DNA of 64,000 nt. Source: Dehalococcoidia bacterium. Lineage in GTDB: Bacteria; Chloroflexota; Dehalococcoidia; Plut-88900. The stretch spans positions 1,632,001 through 1,696,000 of the forward strand of contig OZ240215.1 in the NCBI GenBank assembly GCA_965197585.1. Reading direction: 5' to 3'. Below the pieces are notes generated by a model that made no database searches, was not told the origin of the DNA, and was given only the letters and a program-made list of their open reading frames with translations. A program made the translations under genes and the position numbers. Below are positions 9,195-18,205 of this stretch, one piece after another; within the stretch, counting starts at the first letter, position 1; the number at the start of each line of letters is the position of its first letter.

Positions 9195-10892
9195 ATGCGA
9201 CTCTCCCGAATGTTCGGTAAGACCCTTAGAAGCGAGCCCGCAGAGGCCGAGTCCATAAGTCACCGCCTCATGCTCAAGGCCGGCATGGTCCACCAGGTCT
9301 CCGCCGGCATCTACAGCTACATGCCCCTCGCATGGAGAGTCCTCCGCAACATCGAAAACATAATCCGTGAAGAGATGAACGCCGCTGGCGGGCAGGAAGT
9401 CAAAATGCCCGTTATCCAGCCCCTGGAACTGTGGGAAACCACGGGCCGAGCCTCCGCCTTCGGAGACGCCCTCTTCAAGCTCAAGGACCGCCGAGACCGA
9501 CCCCTCTGCCTGGCCCCCACCCACGAGGAGGTCATCACCCAGATGGCCATCCAGCACATCCACAGCTACAAAGACATGCCCCAGATGCCATACCAGATCC
9601 AGACCAAGCTGCGTGACGAGCCTCGACCCCGCGCCGGCCTCATGCGCGTCCGTGAGTTCGATATGAAGGACCTCTACAGCATGGACGTCGACCAGGACGC
9701 CCTCGACGTCAGCTACGAAAAGATGGTCCAAGCCTACAAGAACATCTACCGGCGCTGCGGCCTCCCCGCGTTGGCCGTGGAAGCCGACAGCGGTGCGATA
9801 GGTGGCAAGGACTCCCACGAGTTCATCCTCATCGCCGAAAGCGGCGAGGACCAAATTGTCCAATGCTCGGCTTGTGGTTTTGCCGCCAACCTTGAGCGGG
9901 CCTCGGGTGTCAAATCCCCCCAGTCCAAGACTGGCCCCATACCCCTTGAAGAGGTCTCGACACCCGGCATCAAGACCATTAAGGGTCTCGCAGATTTCAT
10001 TGGCGTCCCCGAGTCCAAGACCCTAAAAGCCGTCTTCTACTCCGCCGACGGCCAAATAGTCTTCGTAGTCATCCGCGGCGACCTCGAAGTCAACGACGTC
10101 AAGCTCAAAAACCTCCTTCATGCCGCCGACCTCCGTCTCGCCACCGACGAAGAAATTAAGGCCGCAGGCCTCGTCGCCGGCTCCGCCTCACCTGTCGGTA
10201 GGGGAGACCTGAAGTGTATCGCCGACGACTCCATTGAGCTCGGCGACAACTTCGTGGTCGGCGCCAACAAGCCCGACACCCACCTCCTGAACGCCAACTA
10301 CCCCCGCGACTTCGGCGCCGACGCCATCACTGACATCGCCGAAGTCCAGGCCGGCCAGGGTTGTCCCCAGTGCGGCGAGCCCCTGACCATCACCCGGGGC
10401 ATTGAGGTGGGCCACGTATTCAAGCTAGGCACCTTCTTCAGCGAAGCCCTAGGTGCGTATTATTCAGATCGCGAAGGGCACCAGAAGCCCATAGTCATGG
10501 GTTGCTACGGCATCGGTGTAGGTAGGCTCATGGCCGCCGCCATGGAGCAGAATCACGATGAGCATGGCATCGTCTGGCCCCTCCCCATCGCCCCCTACCA
10601 AGTCCACCTCTGTGCCCTTTCCCTGGACCGGCCCGGCGTCGCCGAGGCCGCAGACCAGCTCTACGAGTCCCTTGAAGCCGCCGGCCTGGAAGTCCTCTAC
10701 GACGACCGCGACGAGTCCCCCGGCGTAAAGTTCAACGACGCCGATCTCCTCGGCATCCCCGTCCGCCTCACCGTCAGCCCTCGCAACCTCAAACAGGAAG
10801 CCGTCGAAATCACTGACCGTACCACCCTCGAAAAACACATGGCCCCCATGTCCGACGCCGTGATCGAGGCTAAGGCCATGCTCGGTGTGTAG
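9195..10892 (+). CDS. proS: proline--tRNA ligase (bacterial type with INS editing domain)
   Basis: PTHEE, RDEPRPRAGLMRVREF, GIEVGHVFKLG, MGCYGIGVGR, DADLLGIP. Confidence 0.98.
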   Translation: MRLSRMFGKTLRSEPAEAESISHRLMLKAGMVHQVSAGIYSYMPLAWRVLRNIENIIREEMNAAGGQEVKMPVIQPLELWETTGRASAFGDALFKLKDRRDRPLCLAPTHEEVITQMAIQHIHSYKDMPQMPYQIQTKLRDEPRPRAGLMRVREFDMKDLYSMDVDQDALDVSYEKMVQAYKNIYRRCGLPALAVEADSGAIGGKDSHEFILIAESGEDQIVQCSACGFAANLERASGVKSPQSKTGPIPLEEVSTPGIKTIKGLADFIGVPESKTLKAVFYSADGQIVFVVIRGDLEVNDVKLKNLLHAADLRLATDEEIKAAGLVAGSASPVGRGDLKCIADDSIELGDNFVVGANKPDTHLLNANYPRDFGADAITDIAEVQAGQGCPQCGEPLTITRGIEVGHVFKLGTFFSEALGAYYSDREGHQKPIVMGCYGIGVGRLMAAAMEQNHDEHGIVWPLPIAPYQVHLCALSLDRPGVAEAADQLYESLEAAGLEVLYDDRDESPGVKFNDADLLGIPVRLTVSPRNLKQEAVEITDRTTLEKHMAPMSDAVIEAKAMLGV

Positions 10893-10976
10893 TGGCGGTA
10901 GTTTGATTGCCCGACAAGCGGATAGTATGATGGCCTCAATCGGCCCCACCCCACCCACACCGAAAGGAAGCGTCTC

Positions 10977-12134
10977 GTGACAAAAAATGGCTTCAAGGTC
11001 ATGGACAGCGATATGCACGTCAACGAGACTTGGGACGTGTGGCTCAACAACATCGATCCCGAGTACCGTGATCTCGCCCCCGTCGGGATAACCAAAGAGC
11101 AATTGGTCATGAACATGGCCATCCAGGGAAAGCCCATAGCTGGCTTTCTGGCTAACGCCGACATCCAAGTCCACGAGGAAGAATCAAACCGCCGCAAGGT
11201 AGAGGCCGAGCACGGGAACAAATACTTGAAGCTCGCCATAGAACGGGGCTTCGACCCCGTGTCCCAGCTCCACGCCATGGATACTGAGGGACTGGACTTG
11301 GCCATTATCTTCCCCACCCGCGGCATGTCAGTTGCCGGTGTCCCATATGAAGACGGCAAATACGCGGGCGCCGTGGCCCGCGCCTACAACGATTGGATCT
11401 CCGAGTTCTGCAGCCAGGACCCGGCCAAGATGCGCCCCGCCGCAATGATCCTGGCCGCCGACGTCGAGGAGGCAGTCATAGAGGTTCGCCGCACCCGCGA
11501 AGAGATGGGATTCCTATCCGCTTACCTGCACCCGAATCCCGTCCGAGGACGCAACTGGCACAACCCCGTCTACGACCCTCTATGGCAGCAGTGCCAGGAC
11601 CTCGATATGCCCATCACCTTCCACGAGACTTTCAAGTGCAGCCTCCCACAGGGCATCGCCGACCGCTTCTATAACGAGCCGGACAAGATCTGGACTATGG
11701 GCCACGTGGCCTGCCATCCCATCGAGCAGATGTACGCCTGCCTCTGCTTCTGCGCCGGCGGCATCCTGGATCGCTATTCTGACCTAAGAGTCGCCTTCCT
11801 GGAGTGCAACACCGGCTGGCTCCCATTCTGGCTCTGGCGCATGGACGAGCACTACGAGCACCGCATCGACCAGGCGTCTCGCTATCAGTCCATTCTCCCC
11901 AGCGAATGCTTCAAACGCCAGTGCTACCTCGCCATCGACCCCGACGAAGGCCCCGCCAAATATGCCGTCGACTGGATTGGCGACGATAATTTCGTATTCT
12001 CTACCGACTACCCCCACGCCGATGGCAAGTACCCTTTCGCCATCGACGAATTTCTGAAACTTCCCCTGACCGAAGAGTCCAAAAAAAAGGTCCTCTGGGA
12101 CAACTGCGCCAAACTGTACGGCATCGCCAACTAG
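10977..12134 (+). CDS. amidohydrolase_2 family protein, paralogue 1
   Basis: DSDMH, FHE, FSTDYPH motifs; upstream TTGATT-N17-TATGAT promoter. Confidence 0.88.
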   Translation: MTKNGFKVMDSDMHVNETWDVWLNNIDPEYRDLAPVGITKEQLVMNMAIQGKPIAGFLANADIQVHEEESNRRKVEAEHGNKYLKLAIERGFDPVSQLHAMDTEGLDLAIIFPTRGMSVAGVPYEDGKYAGAVARAYNDWISEFCSQDPAKMRPAAMILAADVEEAVIEVRRTREEMGFLSAYLHPNPVRGRNWHNPVYDPLWQQCQDLDMPITFHETFKCSLPQGIADRFYNEPDKIWTMGHVACHPIEQMYACLCFCAGGILDRYSDLRVAFLECNTGWLPFWLWRMDEHYEHRIDQASRYQSILPSECFKRQCYLAIDPDEGPAKYAVDWIGDDNFVFSTDYPHADGKYPFAIDEFLKLPLTEESKKKVLWDNCAKLYGIAN

Positions 12135-12173
12135 CAAGATGGAACATTCGCCGTAGGAGAAAGGAACCCCCCA

Positions 12174-13331
12174 ATGGCAAAAAACGGCTTTAAAATCATG
12201 GACAGTGACATGCACACCCACGAGCCTTGGGACCTCTGGCTCAACTATATCGACCCCGCCTTCAAGGACCGCGCCCCCATCGGCACCAGCAAAGACCCCG
12301 TCGACATGAACACCACCATCGAAGGGGACATACTCGGCGCTTTCCTCTCCAACCAGAAACACCTCGATCATGAGGAGGAGAAGGCCCGACTCAACATCTC
12401 CCACTCTCGCAGCAGCAAGCACATGCAGGAGGGCATAGACCGCGGCTTCGACCCCGTTTCCCAGGTCAACGCCATGGAGGTCGAGGGCCTTGACGTAGCC
12501 AACCTCTACCCCTCCCGAGGCATGGTTGTCGCGGGCGTGGACTACGAGGACGAGCCCTTCGCCGACGCCATCGCCAAGGGTTACAACAACTGGCTCGCCG
12601 ACTTCTGCTCCGAGAGCCCGGCCCGCCTTAAAGGTGTGGCAATGATCTTGTGTTCCAATATCGACAACGCCGTCGCCGAGGTCCGCCGCACCCGAGAAGA
12701 GCTCGATTTCGTCGGTATCTATCTTCACCCGAACCCCATCCGAGGCCGCAACTGGCATAGCAACGAATACGACCGCCTGTGGGCCGTCTGCCAGGAGCTC
12801 GACATGGCCGTCACCTTCCACGAGACTTTCAAGTGCAACCTCCCCCAGGCCATCGCCGACCGCTTCTATGACGAACCAGACAGGATATGGACAATGGGCC
12901 ATGTCGCATGCCATCCCATTGAGCAGATGTACGCCGCGCTCTGCATGTGCGCCGGCGGCATCCTGGAGAAGTTCCCCGGTATCAGGGTCGCCCACCTGGA
13001 GTGCAACTCCAGCTGGCTCCCCTTCTGGCTCTGGCGTATGGATGAGCACCACGAGCACCGGGAAGAGCAGGCCTCGAAGTATCTGAACATGCTCCCCAGC
13101 GAGTACTTCAAGCGCCAGTGCTTCGCCGTAATCGATCCCGACGAAGAGCCCTCCAAGTACGCCATCGACTGGGTCGGCGAAGACAATTTCGTATTCTCCA
13201 CCGACTACCCCCACCCCGACTCCATATACCCCTTCGCCACCGACAGTTTCCTTAAACTCCCCCTCAGCGAAGAAGCTAAGAAAAAAGTAATGTGGGACAA
13301 CTGCACCCGCCTCTACTCCCTCTCCGTATGA
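12174..13331 (+). CDS. amidohydrolase_2 family protein, paralogue 2
   Basis: Same length (385 aa) and motifs as paralogue 1. Confidence 0.88.
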   Translation: MAKNGFKIMDSDMHTHEPWDLWLNYIDPAFKDRAPIGTSKDPVDMNTTIEGDILGAFLSNQKHLDHEEEKARLNISHSRSSKHMQEGIDRGFDPVSQVNAMEVEGLDVANLYPSRGMVVAGVDYEDEPFADAIAKGYNNWLADFCSESPARLKGVAMILCSNIDNAVAEVRRTREELDFVGIYLHPNPIRGRNWHSNEYDRLWAVCQELDMAVTFHETFKCNLPQAIADRFYDEPDRIWTMGHVACHPIEQMYAALCMCAGGILEKFPGIRVAHLECNSSWLPFWLWRMDEHHEHREEQASKYLNMLPSEYFKRQCFAVIDPDEEPSKYAIDWVGEDNFVFSTDYPHPDSIYPFATDSFLKLPLSEEAKKKVMWDNCTRLYSLSV

Positions 13332-13384
13332 CTCGACTTCGTCAAACTTACAAACTTATCCTTCGAGGACACCCTCACGTAACC

Positions 13385-13466
13385 GTCATTCCGAGGCTCC
13401 GCGAGGAATCTGGGGCGGGGTCCCGTCCCCTCTCCCTTGACGGGAGAGGGCTAGGGTGAGGGTGAA
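13385..13466 (+). repeat. composite repeat: family B (13385-13410) + linker + family C (13427-13466)
   Basis: GTCATTCCGAGGCTCCGCGAGGAATC-TGGGGCGGGG...CCCCTCTCCCTTGACGGGAGAGGGCTAGGGTGAGGGTGAA. Confidence 0.9.
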
Positions 13467-13493
13467 TCTACTCAAACCAAAAAGGAGCCCAAA

Positions 13494-14666
13494 TTGGCAC
13501 ACAAAGCAGACGTAGTAGTCATCGGTGGCGGCATCGTAGGCACCGCCTGCGCCTACTTCCTTACCGAGGCCGGAGCCAAAGTCATCATCCTTGAGCGCGA
13601 CGCCCTGGGCAGTGGAGCCTCGGGCCACGGGGCCGGAGCCTTCGGCGTCCCCCTCCACTGGATCGAGCCCCCATTCCACGCCGACTTCATGCGCCGTGCC
13701 GTCCGCTTCCTTAAATACGTCGTACCCGACGTCGCCGAGCAAGCCGGTATCGACATTTTGATGAGAGAGATGCCCTGGATGGAAATTGCACGTAGCCAGC
13801 CCACCTGGGACTACATGCTCGAATGGGGCCCGACCTCCGGCCAAGTCATGCTCACTCCGGAGGATATCCGGCGCATAGAGCCCCGTCTCTCCGGTCCCAT
13901 CCTCGGCGGAATGATGGATGAAGCAGCCGGCCAGTTGGACGCCTACAGGACCACCCTCGCCTACGCCAAAGCCGCCGAGAACCGCGGCGCTGAAGTCGTG
14001 ATCGGCGAAGCTACTGGCCTTAGGCAAAGCGGGGGCAAAATCACCGGCGTCGAGTCATCCGTCGGTACCATAGAGTGCGACGGAGCAGTCCTGGCAATGG
14101 GTGCCTGGACTGGCGTGGCCAAAGAATGGACTGAGTTCCCCCTGGAGATCAGTGCAATGAAGGGTGAAATCCTCACCCTCCGCAAGCCTGATGAGGACTA
14201 CTGGCCCTACTGGGTCGCCAGCTACGAGACCTCCGACAACGGCGAAGAGCTGCCCATCTACCTCCATCGCCGAGCCAACGGCCTCATCTACGCAGGCACC
14301 ACCGCCGAGCCAGACATATTCGACAACATCCCTACCGCCGCCGCCCGTCAGGGCATCCTCGAACGCGCCTCCCGCATGATGCCCTTCATAGAAGACGCAG
14401 AGCTCGTCGAGCACCTCGCTGGCCCTAGGCCCAATCCCGCAGACGGCATCACCGTCCTCGGGGGAGTTCCCGGCTGGGAAGGCCTGTTCACCGCCGTTAC
14501 CTTGCCCGGCATCCTATGCAGTGCCTACCTGGGCAAGATCATTGCAGACCTCGTCTTCGACAGACCCCTCCCCACCGACATCGACAAGCTCAAGCCGGAT
14601 AGATTCACCAAACCCCTAACCACCCAATACGGCTACCACAAACTCGTCGCCGACAGAGGCATCTAA
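13494..14666 (+). CDS. FAD-dependent oxidoreductase (DAO/glycine oxidase family)
   Basis: VIGGGIVG FAD motif, GASGHGAG, LAMGAW, GPRP; AAGGAG SD before TTG. Confidence 0.88.
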   Translation: MAHKADVVVIGGGIVGTACAYFLTEAGAKVIILERDALGSGASGHGAGAFGVPLHWIEPPFHADFMRRAVRFLKYVVPDVAEQAGIDILMREMPWMEIARSQPTWDYMLEWGPTSGQVMLTPEDIRRIEPRLSGPILGGMMDEAAGQLDAYRTTLAYAKAAENRGAEVVIGEATGLRQSGGKITGVESSVGTIECDGAVLAMGAWTGVAKEWTEFPLEISAMKGEILTLRKPDEDYWPYWVASYETSDNGEELPIYLHRRANGLIYAGTTAEPDIFDNIPTAAARQGILERASRMMPFIEDAELVEHLAGPRPNPADGITVLGGVPGWEGLFTAVTLPGILCSAYLGKIIADLVFDRPLPTDIDKLKPDRFTKPLTTQYGYHKLVADRGI

Positions 14667-14686
14667 CCCCACATTCCCCCCTTTAT

Positions 14687-14838
14687 GTGACCTTTGCATA
14701 ACCCGTATCGGTGGGGCCGGGGCCGCTCGTGCTGTCGTAGATCCGCCGAGGCGGGAGATTCTCGAAGTATGAGCGAGGGCGGAGGTTAGGCTATCTGGAT
14801 GGAACGATAAATGCGAAGTGCAGTTACGCATGCGTCCC
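14687..14838. mobile_element. MITE copy 3 with a 21-nt insert in its internal hairpin
   Basis: GTGACCTTTGCATAAC...GTTACGCATGCGTCCC; 152 bp = 131 + 21; flanks TTTAT/TAAAT; family-C right arm follows. Confidence 0.75.
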
Positions 14839-14957
14839 TAAATGCACCGAAGCGTGAGAGGGCTAGAGCCTGCACTGGGTTACTGCGAGTCCGCCTCCGG
14901 CGGGCCTACGGGGTGAAGGTGTTTCCCCTCCTTGATTCCCCGTAGGGGCGATTCGCG

Positions 14958-16633
14958 GAGTCTGTTTCATAAGTTATAGGCATATGGAGTAGGCTATGGT
15001 GGACAAGGTAGACAGCGTCATAAGGAGGTGACTGGGGATGCCACATCGACCGATGAACCGGGAACAGGTATGGATGTTGCCGCCGAGTCTCGACGAGATG
15101 CTGGGGGCCGGTCATTCTGCTCGATTTGTTGCTGAGTTCGTCGATGCCTTGGATGGAGAGGGCTGGGCAGCGATTGGGATTGATAGAGACGGGGAGGCGA
15201 TGGGAGCGCCGGCCTACCATCCCCGTGCGCTGTTGGGTGTGTGGCTGTACGGCTTCATGACCGGTGTGCGATCGAGCCGCAAGCTGGAGGCGGCCTGCTG
15301 CGACCAGATACCGTACCTTTGGCTGACGGGCTGCCAGCGCCCGGACCACGTGAGGTTGTGGCGGTTTTACAGCTCGCATCGGGATGGTATGAGGAAGCTG
15401 CTCAAGCGGACGGTGCAGACGGCGGTTAATATGGACCTGGTGGAGATGGCGGTGCAGGCGGTGGACGGGACGAAGATTAGAGCGAATGCGGCAAAGGACC
15501 GGACCTACGACGCCGCTGGGTTGCGCCGTCTGTTGGGCCGTTTGGAAGGTGCGATAGACGAGTTGGAAGCGCAGAACGAGGCTGGGGAGGAGTCGGCTAT
15601 CGGCCATCTGCCGGAGAGGTTGCAAGACCGCAAGGCATTGCGTGAGCGGGTGCGTGAGACGGTGCACAGACTTGCCGATCGGGATGGGCAAAAGCAGATC
15701 AACCTGACCGATCAGGACGCCCGGATGATGAAGACGCGACAGGGTTATGCGGTGGCCTACAACGCCCAGGCGATGGTCTCTACGGTAGCAGCGGCTGAGG
15801 GTAAAGCGCCCGGCATGCTGATCACGGCAGTTGATGTGGTGAACGACATATCCGACAGACGGCAACTGGGTGCGATGATGGAGAAGGCTGAGGAGACGTT
15901 GGGACAAAGGACGGAGATGACGTTGGCGGATGCGGGCTATCACTCCGGGAACAATCTACAGGAGTGCGCCCTAAGAGGCCAACGGGTGGTGATGCCTGAG
16001 TCGCAGGACCGGGCGCTGCAGAGCCCGTATCACAAAGACCGTTTCACCTACGACGAGGCGAGCGACAGCTACCGTTGCCCCGAGGGCCGGTTGCTGCGCT
16101 TCACTCGCACCAAGCGCACTCGCAACACAGCAATGCGGCTCTACCGGGCATCAGGGGCCGTGTGCCGGGCCTGCCCGGCCTTCGGGGTCTGTACGAAAGA
16201 CAAGCGTCATGGGCGTGCCCTGGAGATCGGTTCCCACGACGCTGCGTTGCGTCGACACCGGGCCTGGATGTCCACCGAAGAAGCCAAGGGTGCGTATAAA
16301 CAGAGAATGCAACTGGTAGAACCGGTCTTCGGCATCATCAAGGAGCAACAGCAAGCCCACAGGTTCCTGTTGCGTGGCTTAACCAACGTCTCGGCTGAAT
16401 GGAGCCTGCTCGCCACAGCCTTCAACTTGCGCACCCTGTGGAGGATACGGCGAGCCGCAGCTGCCTGGACAAAGCATTGGGTAGCCGAGGGCGCATACTC
16501 GGCCTATCGGGCGCTTCAGACGGCAATCGTGGGCACACTCAGCCCCCTGCTTCGATTAATGCGGCTCCGCCATCAGCCAGCCCGACCAAGCCAACTCCCC
16601 ACGTCAAGCACAACCTACATCTGAAACAGACTC
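14958..16633 (+). mobile_element. IS1182-family insertion sequence (1676 bp)
   Basis: 12-bp perfect IRs GAGTCTGTTTCA/TGAAACAGACTC; CGCG duplicated at 14954-14957 and 16634-16637. Confidence 0.9.
15038..16624 (+). CDS. IS1182-family DDE transposase
   Basis: GAPAYHP, SSRKLE, VDGTKIRANA, TDQDARMM, YNAQ, ADAGY, YRCPEG, VEPVFGIIK. Confidence 0.93.
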   Translation: MPHRPMNREQVWMLPPSLDEMLGAGHSARFVAEFVDALDGEGWAAIGIDRDGEAMGAPAYHPRALLGVWLYGFMTGVRSSRKLEAACCDQIPYLWLTGCQRPDHVRLWRFYSSHRDGMRKLLKRTVQTAVNMDLVEMAVQAVDGTKIRANAAKDRTYDAAGLRRLLGRLEGAIDELEAQNEAGEESAIGHLPERLQDRKALRERVRETVHRLADRDGQKQINLTDQDARMMKTRQGYAVAYNAQAMVSTVAAAEGKAPGMLITAVDVVNDISDRRQLGAMMEKAEETLGQRTEMTLADAGYHSGNNLQECALRGQRVVMPESQDRALQSPYHKDRFTYDEASDSYRCPEGRLLRFTRTKRTRNTAMRLYRASGAVCRACPAFGVCTKDKRHGRALEIGSHDAALRRHRAWMSTEEAKGAYKQRMQLVEPVFGIIKEQQQAHRFLLRGLTNVSAEWSLLATAFNLRTLWRIRRAAAAWTKHWVAEGAYSAYRALQTAIVGTLSPLLRLMRLRHQPARPSQLPTSSTTYI

Positions 16634-16662
16634 CGCGAACCGCCCTCCCCGTCCTGAAGTCA

Positions 16663-16770
16663 CTAATTTGATCGCCAGTCCATGTAACCGGCAACCCACC
16701 GCGCCGTTTGCTTATCCAGCTTTCGCAGTTGGGGTCTCGCAGTCACGGTTAATTCATTCGTCTAGGCCAA
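16663..16770 (-). pseudogene. RelE/StbE toxin remnant
   Basis: TTG GCC TAG ACG...: MA*TNELTVTARPQLRKLDKQTARWV; codon 3 is TAG where RelE usually has Trp; truncated at 36 codons; overlaps antitoxin end. Confidence 0.75.
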
Positions 16771-16981
16771 GATCTTCCCTGACCTCGGCGGCGGAATACA
16801 CCCGTACCTGACCCTTGCGTACGCGCTCTAGTACGTCCGCTGCTAGATAGTAATCTTCGAGATCATCGAGCCCGCGCTCAATGATCTCCCGTAGATAGAA
16901 AGCCTTAGTGCGTCCCGTTTGGGAAACCAGAAAGGCTAAGCGCTCCTCTATTTCAGTAGACAATCGAATTGACGTAGCCAC
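16754..16981 (-). CDS. RelB/CopG-like ribbon-helix-helix antitoxin
   Basis: TSIRLSTEIEERLAFLVSQTGRTKAFYLREII...LEDYYLA typical of RelB/StbD-type antitoxins. Confidence 0.85.
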   Translation of the reverse strand: MATSIRLSTEIEERLAFLVSQTGRTKAFYLREIIERGLDDLEDYYLAADVLERVRKGQVRVYSAAEVREDLGLDE

Positions 16982-17042
16982 AAACCGTCTCCCAGGGCGC
17001 GATAGGTGTATTCATTGAATCACACCCAAATATGTGCACCCC

Positions 17043-18059
17043 CTACTCCCCACCCACAATAATCTTCGACAAACTATCACCCTCCACGTTGGCGACCCAC
17101 ACGTTCTTCCCGTCGAAGGCCAAAGAAACGGGCCCCTTGCCCACATCGAACCTCCCCAGGCGTAGCCCCGTCAGCGACAACCTCATCACGTTGTTGCTGC
17201 CTGCGTTGGCCACCCACACCGTCTCTCCATCGAACAGGATGTCCACGGGCCCGTTCCCGACCTTGAACTCTCCCAACCGTGTCCCGTCCAGGGCCAACCT
17301 CGTCACCGAATCTGCCATATCATCTTCCAGAGGGCCGCTGTTCGCGATCCACATGCTGCCCCCATCGAAGGCCAGGGCTATCGGCCGAATCCCAACCTCG
17401 TACTCTGCCACTACCCGACCATCCCCATCCAGCTTCTGGACCGTGTTTCCTTCCGAGGTCGGCGACCCCAAGATTGTCACCCAAACATGCTCCCCATCAA
17501 ACGCCAGCCCCGAGGGCCCGTCCCCCACCCCGAACGTCCCCAATATCGCCCCCTCTTTAGATATCTTTGTTGCCGAGTCTTCAGTCGGGTTGACGACCCA
17601 TAAGTTCTCCCCATCAAACGTCATCGCAAATGGGGAATTGCCTGCTTCATATACCCCCAGTTCGGCCCCTTCCCCCGACAGCCTCACCACCCTGCTTCCC
17701 GGTTCAGTCGGGATCCCCAGCTCGGCTACCCACACATCCTCGCCGTCGAAAAGGATTGTTCCGGGAGTCCTCCCAATATCAAAGCTGCCCATCTCCGTCC
17801 CATCTAGCCCAAACCGCAGCACCTCCGTGTTCAATGTATCCAGCCTCCCGACGCTCGACACCCAAATACTCTCACCATCCGACTCCAGATGCGTCGGCGC
17901 AATCAAGCCCAGGTCGAACTTCTCAACCCTCGGTGGTATGTCCCCGGATTCGACTATCGGTATTGGCGTCGGCGTTGCATATGCCCCACCGCAGCCCAAC
18001 CCCACCAAGATAGTTATTAAAGCCAACGTTGCGAATGCCAAATATCTTCTAACTTTCAT
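17043..18059 (-). CDS. beta-propeller repeat lipoprotein (YncE/YVTN-like)
   Basis: Signal peptide with LGC lipobox; ~7 repeats of G.GP..LAFDG..VWV.N. Confidence 0.8.
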   Translation of the reverse strand: MKVRRYLAFATLALITILVGLGCGGAYATPTPIPIVESGDIPPRVEKFDLGLIAPTHLESDGESIWVSSVGRLDTLNTEVLRFGLDGTEMGSFDIGRTPGTILFDGEDVWVAELGIPTEPGSRVVRLSGEGAELGVYEAGNSPFAMTFDGENLWVVNPTEDSATKISKEGAILGTFGVGDGPSGLAFDGEHVWVTILGSPTSEGNTVQKLDGDGRVVAEYEVGIRPIALAFDGGSMWIANSGPLEDDMADSVTRLALDGTRLGEFKVGNGPVDILFDGETVWVANAGSNNVMRLSLTGLRLGRFDVGKGPVSLAFDGKNVWVANVEGDSLSKIIVGGE

Positions 18060-18205
18060 ATATGTTGAAGAGCCCCTTATCGGTTTGTAATTTTAGCCCC
18101 CATACTCTATACGCTCGCGCCTCGGGTTGAACAGGTGACCGGGAAGCCCTGGACCCGTGCAATGCTATACTTTCTCTACGAAAATCCGAATGCAGGCAAG
18201 GCGAA

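Noticed and set aside
14958-16633. IS1182 as the autonomous partner of the MITE
   Set aside because: IRs differ (GAGTCTGTTTCA vs GAGACCTTTGCA) and duplication length differs (4 vs 5 bp).
17032-18090. Long antisense ORFs (e.g. 17032-18090, 11784-13214, 21507-22568, 47024-48088, 54479-55591)
   Set aside because: Shadows of well-supported genes on the opposite strand in high-GC DNA, with no recognisable motifs.
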